Shown here piece by piece: positions 1-6,195 of a stretch of 24,186 nucleotides of DNA. Location of the stretch: positions 1-24,186 of the forward strand of contig JAYUGC010000155.1 of NCBI GenBank assembly GCA_043767805.1, given 5' to 3'. A model generated the notes under the pieces. It was not told where the DNA came from and ran no database searches. It worked only from the letters and a program-made list of their open reading frames with translations. The stretch comes from Pseudomonadota bacterium. Its GTDB lineage: Bacteria; Bdellovibrionota; FAC87; UBA2466. The number at the start of each line of letters is the position of its first letter. Within the stretch, counting starts at the first letter, position 1. Made by a program: the position numbers and the translations under genes.

Positions 1-106
1 AAAAAAAGGATCGGGACGGCGTGTTGGACTGTGCCAAGGCTTAAACCGTCAGATGCTCGCGCCGTAGGCGCGCACCTTTTTTACTGAATGGTTACAAAAA
101 ATCAAA

Positions 107-126
107 AATCGGGGCGGCAGGATTTG
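107..126. repeat. att core, tRNA-distal junction (duplicated 3' end of tRNA-Pro)
   Basis: Identical to 7519-7538; in tRNA orientation CAAATCCTGCCGCCCCGATT = T-loop to discriminator plus 2 nt. Confidence 0.93.
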
Positions 127-199
127 CCGAGGCCGCTTCGAGGTAATTGTTATAACTCGGCAAAGTAAATCATATCGATCACTTGGCCGGGCCGCGGCT

Positions 200-258
200 T
201 CCACCTGAATCCACCGATTTCCATGATTATCCTCGGCGCTGGTGGTTAGTGGTGGTTC
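200..258. repeat. Putative integrase arm / Xis binding repeats
   Basis: 10-bp-phased units TCCACCTGAA/TCCACCGATT/TCCATGATTA (200-229), then opposite-orientation CTGGTGGTTAGTGGTGGTTC (239-258), which recurs exactly at 7446-7465. Confidence 0.7.
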
Positions 259-334
259 AAACTTTGCTCCCCAGCCTTCTCAGTTATCTTGCACCCATTT
301 CGAGAAAATCAAAAAACGACGATGCCGAAAATAC

Positions 335-1558
335 CTACGGCCCAGGGTATTCCAAAATGGTCTTCAAAGTAACGCTATCGGCCAGCCCTATTAACTTGAA
401 GGACTCCACTCCGTATTTGATAAAGCCCGGTCGAGGGAGAGCCTTGCCAATCACCAACGTTCCTTCCAGCTCGAAATCATGGGTGGAAGCCGCCGGCAGC
501 AAGCCAGACTCCAATCTCCCCCGCATTTCGTCTGGAAATTCAGAAAGCGGGAACACCTTCTGTTTGGGATTGAGCCGGATAGAGATCGAAAAAGCTTGGT
601 CCACTTTCACAGCGCTCTTAACTTGCAATACCCCGTAATCCGAAAGGGTACCATCTTTCTCTGAACGAGCGAGTATGGCGACATTCTCTTGCTGAAACTG
701 GTAGCGAAATATCACGCAACTTTTATCCGCCGGGAGCAAGAGCCATTGCCGGGCTCGATCGGAAAGGGAACATAGTTCGTACTGGCGGGGAGGCGCGAAA
801 AAGGACCCCAAGCTCGAAAGTTCGGTGGAAAGAAATTCTCCCGCAGTATTCTTTTCGAGAATATGCTCTGGGTATCGCTCCGACATCAAATTCATCTGCA
901 TGGGGTTTAGATCCATGCCCTTACCGCCTAGGTGCGCAATGCCCAAGGTGTGCCCAATCTCGTGAATCAGCACCCTAAGCAGTAATCCCTCGTGGGTCCA
1001 AGGCTCCGAGTTAAGGTGAGAGCCTACGTCGAACTTATTCTCTCCTTTATCAGAAGCGATATAGACATAGCCTTTCCCCCGCAATGCCACCTCGTCATAG
1101 GAAGTCCGAACCGTGACTCCTACATGCTTCTGGAGGGGGACAAGAAAGTCTTTCTGTCCTTGCGTCAAGGTCCCAGCACCGAATTGAAATCGAATGTCCT
1201 CGTTCCCATCGCAGGGAATAGAGACGAATTCCTGTAAACCCAACCCATCGAGAACGTAAAAGGAGTCGTGCAGTCGAATGAACTCCTCATGCCAAAATTC
1301 GAAGGCTTTCTTTATCGCACTTTCGATGACGGCCCGACTTGCGGAAACCGAGACGGGGTCATGATCGAGGCAGTACGCCACTTTGTGTACATTCCCAACG
1401 AACCAGGGGTTGTTCGCGTCATTAATTACATCGCCTCCAGAGGAAACCCCACTCCCTTGAAGAGCCGGCCCCTTAAGGCTCGATCCACAGCCTGGAAGGA
1501 GCAAAAAGATGAGTAACAAGAAAACGTACGCTCGTCTCATTGGGATCGCTTTCATCAA
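335..1558 (-). CDS. Metzincin-type zinc metallopeptidase lipoprotein (matrixin/M10-like)
   Basis: 407 aa; hydrophobic signal with lipobox LPGC; HEIGHTLGIAH fits HExxHxxGxxH; Met-turn candidate NLMS downstream. Start could be 1558, 1555 or 1540. Confidence 0.85.
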   Translation of the reverse strand: MMKAIPMRRAYVFLLLIFLLLPGCGSSLKGPALQGSGVSSGGDVINDANNPWFVGNVHKVAYCLDHDPVSVSASRAVIESAIKKAFEFWHEEFIRLHDSFYVLDGLGLQEFVSIPCDGNEDIRFQFGAGTLTQGQKDFLVPLQKHVGVTVRTSYDEVALRGKGYVYIASDKGENKFDVGSHLNSEPWTHEGLLLRVLIHEIGHTLGIAHLGGKGMDLNPMQMNLMSERYPEHILEKNTAGEFLSTELSSLGSFFAPPRQYELCSLSDRARQWLLLPADKSCVIFRYQFQQENVAILARSEKDGTLSDYGVLQVKSAVKVDQAFSISIRLNPKQKVFPLSEFPDEMRGRLESGLLPAASTHDFELEGTLVIGKALPRPGFIKYGVESFKLIGLADSVTLKTILEYPGP

Positions 1559-1591
1559 GAGGGTGTCTAGAACTGTGCTCTAGACACCCTC
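1559..1591. promoter_or_regulatory. Perfect 13-bp intercistronic stem-loop
   Basis: GAGGGTGTCTAGA (1559-1571), 7-nt loop, TCTAGACACCCTC (1579-1591); fills most of the 39-nt gap; no U tract. Confidence 0.6.
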
Positions 1592-1597
1592 GAATAA

Positions 1598-2053
1598 TCA
1601 TCGCGAGTATTCGCACCGATAGAGCGCCTTGCCGCCAGCCTCGGCATAGTGCTCAAGTTTATTGCCCTTCAGCTGGTACACTACTTTGCCCCTGATTTCT
1701 ACCGGGGCTTCGTTCCCTATTTTGCTCTTAGTGACGACAAAAAGTGCCAAGGAGTCGTTTGATTGCCATCGAACGTTCGTTACGGCCGATTGACTGGTGC
1801 CCAAAGACGGACTCGACACGATAAGGGTGGACTTTGTTCCTTGTAAGGGGAAATTCTCGCCATCGATATCGATGGAAACATCACAGCTCGTTTGGCGGAT
1901 CTTTGTGTTCGTCGGGATCTCCGCCCCCGTAGCGGTCTTACAGACTCCCCTCCATTTACCCGTAAAATCCGGACAATTTCCGCGCAAAGGACTCGCCTTT
2001 AGACCTTCCGGCAACAAGGCAAATAAAGCGACTAGCGTAATCACTGTCTTCAT
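1598..2053 (-). CDS. Secreted hypothetical protein (beta-rich, 4 Cys)
   Basis: 151 aa; signal peptide MKTVITLVALFALLPEGLKA; RBS GAGGAG upstream; CPDFTGKW start resembles small beta-barrel proteins. Confidence 0.8.
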   Translation of the reverse strand: MKTVITLVALFALLPEGLKASPLRGNCPDFTGKWRGVCKTATGAEIPTNTKIRQTSCDVSIDIDGENFPLQGTKSTLIVSSPSLGTSQSAVTNVRWQSNDSLALFVVTKSKIGNEAPVEIRGKVVYQLKGNKLEHYAEAGGKALYRCEYSR

Positions 2054-2232
2054 ATGACTCTTCTCCTCGATAAATCAGCATAGTAAAAGAGGCGTGGCCA
2101 CACCGCTCGAAGCCGCTGATTGCCCAACGCAATCAGCGCCCTCGAAGAGAACCTACGAAGATATTTGTAGAATTCCTATGAATTTATTCTATAAGAATGA
2201 CCTGTGATTTATCTTTTTGGATAATATTTACG

Positions 2233-3054
2233 ATGCAGGTTTTCGAGTTTTCCGATTATAAGGGGGCGATCCAGGAGCGACTGAAGGAGCTAAAGAAAGG
2301 TCCCGAAAAAGTCACCCTCCAGGAACTGGCCGCAAAGATACCGATGCAATACACCTATCTGTCTAGGGTGATGCACGATGACAAGGCCCACCTGAATGAG
2401 GACTGCCTCCATTCCGTCTGCGAGATCCTTCGCTTCGAGGCCGATGAGGCTGACTATCTCTTTCTTCTCCGCTCTCTGTCCATCACTCAGAGCCGGAATC
2501 GAAAGGCCGCGCTTCTTGGTAAGCTCGGGCGACTAAAACAAAATCGTGCCCTTAGGGCCGCAGTAATCGAAGGAGAGAAGACTCGGCTGGCGGAAGAAGC
2601 GGAGTATCTCTTAGATCCGCTCTGCATCGTGGTGCACGTTGCCCTTTACCTGAAACCCTATCGACATGCGCCCGAGTCCCTATGTCCAAAGTTAGGGATT
2701 TCTCCCGAAGAACTTCGAAGCGTCCTTAAGAAACTTTCAGCCATTCGATTCCTAGAGCTAGACTCCGCCGGGAAAATCACCAGAGTTTCCACGGAACGCC
2801 TGCACTTCAGTCCCGAACACCCGCTCATGCGCACCCACCAGCTTCTCGTGAAGGCGTTCGCCTCGAACTACGTTTTACGGACGAAAGAAGAGAACAAGCA
2901 CGGCTTTCTGTTGACCTTTTCCGGCGATCCGCAATGCTTCGAAAAAATTAAACAAGATTTCTTCTTCTTCTTGAAAGAAGTGGAAAAGCACGTCGAAGCT
3001 GCCGAAAACAAATACGTCTATCAACTCTGCTTCGACCTCTTCCGCTGGCTTTGA
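2233..3054 (+). CDS. TIGR02147 / DUF4423 family HTH protein (putative regulator)
   Basis: N-terminus VFEFSDYK, XRE-like HTH (LQELAAKIPMQYTYLSRV), C-terminus VYQLCFDLF typical of the family. ORF track opens at 2197; ATG 2233 preferred because it matches the family N-terminus and has a -10-like GATAAT 7 nt upstream. Confidence 0.85.
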   Translation: MQVFEFSDYKGAIQERLKELKKGPEKVTLQELAAKIPMQYTYLSRVMHDDKAHLNEDCLHSVCEILRFEADEADYLFLLRSLSITQSRNRKAALLGKLGRLKQNRALRAAVIEGEKTRLAEEAEYLLDPLCIVVHVALYLKPYRHAPESLCPKLGISPEELRSVLKKLSAIRFLELDSAGKITRVSTERLHFSPEHPLMRTHQLLVKAFASNYVLRTKEENKHGFLLTFSGDPQCFEKIKQDFFFFLKEVEKHVEAAENKYVYQLCFDLFRWL

Positions 3055-3212
3055 GAAGTCCGATCTGTGTGGGCCACGGCGGCTCAATCAAGGCGACCCA
3101 TTCGGCATCGACCTTTTGAGCAGGCGCGGTCGGCCTCGGGAGCTGGGTGGGAAACTTGTTTCGAAGATCGATTTTTGTTCGGATACCCGTCCTATTCATG
3201 ACCAACTTCCGA

Positions 3213-3259
3213 GGGTTCATGAATGCCGGAAGCGGTCATAACGAAGGCATGAAGGAGCA
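3213..3259 (+). repeat. 47-bp internal copy of integrase sequence (matches 7065-7111)
   Basis: 45/47 identical by direct comparison (mismatches at 3220 and 3236); encodes GFMNAGSGHNEGMKE versus integrase GFKNAGSGHNEGMKE. Confidence 0.92.
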
Positions 3260-3516
3260 TCTGCACCTTCCGGCGGACTCGCCTCTTCAACGACCCCACC
3301 AGACACTGGCGCGCCTGCGGGCCCTCGAAAAACTCGCGCGTCGAGGAGAGGGCGGGCACCTATTCCGTGATCGTTTCGGCCACCGCCAAAGAGCGGGAAT
3401 GGATCCGGCGCGAATTCATGGCTCTTCTCGAGCGAGCCGACCGACTCATTCGAAAAGCTCCCTCGGAAGAAGTCTTCCAATTGCACTTTGATCTATTTTC
3501 CTGGAGAGAGGAGTAG
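3258..3516 (+). pseudogene. 5'-truncated, frameshifted second TIGR02147/DUF4423 paralogue
   Basis: One frame gives HLHLPADSPLQRPHQTLARLRALEKL; after a shift near 3335-3360 another gives TYSVIVSATAKEREWIRREFMALLERADRLIRKAPSEEVFQLHFDLFSWREE*. Together collinear with RLHFSPEHPLMRTHQ...VYQLCFDLFRW of the upstream gene. Confidence 0.85.
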
Positions 3517-3547
3517 AGCTACGAATAGGCAGTCACGTAGCCGTAAT

Positions 3548-3919
3548 TCAGACCGCAATCTTGAAGATGATTTCAGTCGTGTTGGTCGTGAGGCGCGTTG
3601 GCTTTCCCTGCTTGTTCTGGTTGGTCTTCACGAGACCCAAACTCTGAAGCAACTCAACGTCACCGTACACATGCTTGAAATCCCGTTTTACGAAACGGGC
3701 GAGTTCAGCCACCGACTCGGGCTTAAACACCCGAATGGCCCGGAGAAGCGATAATCGGTTCTCCGTCAGAACACTACGAACGGCTTCCAAATTCTCGAAG
3801 TACTCCCCTTCCTTTCGCTTCACTCTCTTGCCATCCTGAATGGCTTTCATCGTAGTAACCGAGTCATCGAGTGATTGCCCGATGGTTCTAAGCTTTATTC
3901 GAATCGTCTTGAGTGCCAT
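3548..3919 (-). CDS. HVO_A0114-like wHTH protein, putative antitoxin
   Basis: 123 aa from ATG 3919 (MALKTIRI...); FENLEAVRSVLTENRLSLL...SVAELARFVKRDFKHVYGDVELL is typical of this family. The ORF-track extension to 4087 overlaps the partner gene and is probably not translated. Confidence 0.85.
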   Translation of the reverse strand: MALKTIRIKLRTIGQSLDDSVTTMKAIQDGKRVKRKEGEYFENLEAVRSVLTENRLSLLRAIRVFKPESVAELARFVKRDFKHVYGDVELLQSLGLVKTNQNKQGKPTRLTTNTTEIIFKIAV

Positions 3920-4211
3920 CGCTTTGAATCTCCTTTCGAATCTCGGCCAGGTCCCTATCAAAGTCAGACCGTAGGGTATCGAAGTCCTGGAACCCGTAAG
4001 GTTCCTCCCCGCCCTTCCAATGCCGGTGGTGGCCCTTGGGACTGTGGTTATCGTAGCCAACCAGGACCCGACCGGCGTGGACCGCAAAGAACGAGTATTT
4101 CACGCCCTCAGGATAGGCCTGTGACTTAGATACTCGCCAAACCTTCAATTCGACCACGATGCCTTCGGCGGTTCGAATTTTCTCATGAAAGACTTTCGCC
4201 GCCTTCGGCAT
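3888..4211 (-). CDS. DUF6516 / TumE-family putative toxin
   Basis: 107 aa with YPEGVKYS, GYDNHSPKGHHRH and EEPYGF motifs; overlaps the downstream wHTH gene by 32 nt. Confidence 0.85.
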   Translation of the reverse strand: MPKAAKVFHEKIRTAEGIVVELKVWRVSKSQAYPEGVKYSFFAVHAGRVLVGYDNHSPKGHHRHWKGGEEPYGFQDFDTLRSDFDRDLAEIRKEIQSDGTQDDSNKA

Positions 4212-4248
4212 ATGGCCTATTATGCCATACGATGGATTTCGATATCCA
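4211..4248 (-). promoter_or_regulatory. TA promoter/operator candidate
   Basis: Minus strand reads TGG-CATAAT-7 nt-ATG; palindromes TATGGC-N7-GCCATA (4211-4229) and TGGAT-N6-ATCCA (4233-4248). Confidence 0.5.
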
Positions 4249-4279
4249 ATTTATTTTTCATTTTCAATGGGATACGTTT

Positions 4280-4499
4280 CTGGACAAAAAGACTGTCCGG
4301 ACCGGTCACTTTTTTGTTTTGCTTAAGCGATTCAGTGCATTGACTCGCCTTTAGACGGAGATCTTGTCCATTTTGGCCGGAAATCCGGACAAAATTGTAT
4401 TCCCGTATATTTTTCATTCGTTACTTTGTTTTTCTTGATGATTTTTTTCGGAATTGTCCGGATTTCTGGACGGAATTTTATCGACGATAAAGGACCGGA
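4280..4499. repeat. Cluster of (C/T)GGACA / CCGGA inverted repeats in AT-rich DNA
   Basis: CCGGAAATCCGGACAA (4377-4392) versus TTGTCCGGATTTCTGG (4454-4469), 15/16 inverted; CTGGACA-N7-TGTCCGG (4280-4300); further partial copies at 4364-4369 and 4492-4499. Confidence 0.7.
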
Positions 4500-4545
4500 T
4501 TAACATTCTGATTTGATCTCGGTATCTTCCTCTCTCAAGCCAACT

Positions 4546-4561
4546 TGGCACGCACGTTGCT
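4546..4561 (+). promoter_or_regulatory. Sigma54 (-24/-12) promoter of the orf-relaxase-xis-int module
   Basis: TGGCAC-GCACG-TTGCT matches TGGCAC-N5-TTGCW; intergenic, correctly oriented, 83 nt before ATG 4645. Confidence 0.75.
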
Positions 4562-4644
4562 TTGTAACTTCCTTCACCAAGCGGATCTAGTTCGAACCAA
4601 AACTTATCTCTAAAAATACCGGACTCGCTCCGGAAAGGATTCCT

Positions 4645-4965
4645 ATGTCTTCAATGGAAATCTTCGGCGCCCTATTCGTGTTCACGGCCTACCTCTCAGC
4701 TCGACGGCTCGTAAAACACGCAAGGCTAGCGTGCCGAGATATGTTGATCGAGGTTCAGGCCGAAGTGGAACGCATAGACTCGACCTACGATGAGCTACGG
4801 AAAGATCACAACGCGCATATCTCAAATCTCGCCGGCCGCATTGAAAACTTTGGGGCGCAAATCACCCAAGTCACCGGCCGAATCACCAAACTGGAACAAA
4901 CCCCTCAGGTAAAAGCCAAGACCGCCGCAAGGAGCGCCATTGAGGAACTGGTGAAAGGACGGTGA
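4645..4965 (+). CDS. Small N-terminally membrane-anchored coiled-coil protein
   Basis: 106 aa; hydrophobic IFGALFVFTAYL then heptad-like helix; RBS AAGGA; stop overlaps the next start (GTGA). Confidence 0.75.
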   Translation: MSSMEIFGALFVFTAYLSARRLVKHARLACRDMLIEVQAEVERIDSTYDELRKDHNAHISNLAGRIENFGAQITQVTGRITKLEQTPQVKAKTAARSAIEELVKGR

Positions 4966-5765
4966 AGAGCAACGTCACGCCACGAGATCAGAAGCTCCTA
5001 CACCAATTGGGTGACTTCGGAGTGCTCTCGACCGGTCAGATTAGGGAACTTTTCTTTCCGGAAATAGCCAAGACGACGATGCTCAGACGCCTTCGGATCC
5101 TCGAACAGTGGGATCTAATCCGCAGGCTCCGTGGGCTTTCCGATGGAAGTCATGGGTGGTGTTTAAGTCAGCGCTGTGCCACGGCCCTTGGGTTTGTAGG
5201 CATCGGGCGGCGCCTTAATCGTCACACACTTGAACATGATGTCACCCTAAGCCAGGTCCGACTTGCGCTAGGGAGCGTAGGTCTTGGCACCCAGTGGACC
5301 CCCGAGCATGTGCTGCGAAACGAGGCTTGGCGAGCGCGCAAACCCCACACGCCGGAACCAGAGAACATTCCCGATGGAGTTCTGGCCATCGAGGTAGAGG
5401 GCAAATTCCTTGCTGTGGCGGTCGAGCTCGAGCTGAGCGCTAAGAACAAGGATCGTTACCGGAAGGCCCTTAAAGCCTACTGGTGGAAACATAACCTTGC
5501 CCTCATCTGGTACCTCGTTCCCCATGAGGCGCTAGGGCGAAAGCTGGAGCACATCTGGCATGAAGTCACTAGTGGGGGACCTGACATACGCCTACGGTGG
5601 TCAATCATCGAACAAGTCCTTAAACGGCCCTATGACATCGTTCTGCGTCGGAAAGGCGGAACCAGGCTACTTCGAGAAATAACACCAATGAAACCTCCGG
5701 ATGCTCACGAGGTTGCACACCCCATGAGCAGTCCCGATCGGGAAATGCCTAGCAATTCCACGTAA
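4962..5765 (+). CDS. Replication-relaxation family protein (Replic_Relax / MOB_C-like, wHTH + PD-(D/E)XK)
   Basis: TPRDQKLL...LSTGQI...RRLRIL wHTH; HTLEHD; PDG...ELE with D-x16-E-x-E; KDRYRKALKAY. GTG start with AAGGA RBS. Confidence 0.85.
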   Translation: MKSNVTPRDQKLLHQLGDFGVLSTGQIRELFFPEIAKTTMLRRLRILEQWDLIRRLRGLSDGSHGWCLSQRCATALGFVGIGRRLNRHTLEHDVTLSQVRLALGSVGLGTQWTPEHVLRNEAWRARKPHTPEPENIPDGVLAIEVEGKFLAVAVELELSAKNKDRYRKALKAYWWKHNLALIWYLVPHEALGRKLEHIWHEVTSGGPDIRLRWSIIEQVLKRPYDIVLRRKGGTRLLREITPMKPPDAHEVAHPMSSPDREMPSNST

Positions 5766-5770
5766 GGAGA

Positions 5771-5835
5771 CTCGCCCTCCGCTGCTGGCCCCTCCCCCTC
5801 TACGATGGGAAGGGGCCAGCAGCTACGGGCTCGAG
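5771..5835. other. Long GC-rich hairpin (origin/nick-site or attenuator candidate)
   Basis: Perfect 13-bp arms GCTGCTGGCCCCT (5781-5793) / AGGGGCCAGCAGC (5811-5823), extendable inward and outward; no poly-U on either strand. Confidence 0.6.
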
Positions 5836-5928
5836 AGAGTTCTGTAGTGTTCGAAGGACAGCGGGAAAAAAATACGGAAAAGAATGCGGATCTAGGATTG
5901 GAGAAATGAAAATGAACGAGAAAACAAA

Positions 5929-6195
5929 ATGGGTAATAGGGAACCTTTCAATCATTTGCCGGGGATCGGGGGAGTGGTTAGTATCCCCCAGCAGTTAAAC
6001 CGTCCAGAAATGGGTGGTGTGTTCTTTGGAAATCTGGTGACCAAGAGACAGCTCGCTGATCAGCTGAGTTTGTCCCCAAGCTTCATCAATAAACTGATGG
6101 GCGACGAAGGACTTCCTCATCTCAAGATTGGCCGAGCTGTCCGATTCAGAACAGTGGAAGTCGTGGCCTGGCTCCAACAAAGGAGAAGACCATGA
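5929..6195 (+). CDS. xis: HTH_17/AlpA-like excisionase (recombination directionality factor)
   Basis: VTKRQLADQLSLSPSFINKLM...GLPHLKIGRAVRF...VVAWL; ATGA overlap with the integrase; start uncertain (5929 or 6010). Confidence 0.85.
   Translation: MGNREPFNHLPGIGGVVSIPQQLNRPEMGGVFFGNLVTKRQLADQLSLSPSFINKLMGDEGLPHLKIGRAVRFRTVEVVAWLQQRRRP

Noticed and set aside
183..638. 151-aa plus-strand ORF
   Set aside because: Spans the att arm repeats and lies antisense to the metalloprotease; no recognisable features.
1965..1978. 14-bp match (AAATCCGGACAATT) to the inverted repeat at 4452-4465
   Set aside because: Inside a CDS and isolated; about one such match is expected by chance among all position pairs in 24 kb.
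2948..3220. 90-aa minus ORF / source of 3055-3212
   Set aside because: Overlaps the TIGR02147 3' end; no family recognised in any frame.
3147..3491. 114-aa ORF as an intact gene
   Set aside because: Mosaic of unrelated sequence, an integrase fragment and a frameshifted DUF4423 piece; reported as a pseudogene instead.
3920..4087. N-terminal extension of the antitoxin ORF
   Set aside because: Alternative frame of the DUF6516 gene; family-like sequence begins at ATG 3919.
4220..4417. 65-aa minus ORF
   Set aside because: Falls in the repeat-rich regulatory region; no coding evidence.
5974..5982. GTGGTTAGT resembling the arm repeat within the xis region
   Set aside because: A single 9-mer is not significant; autoregulation cannot be supported.
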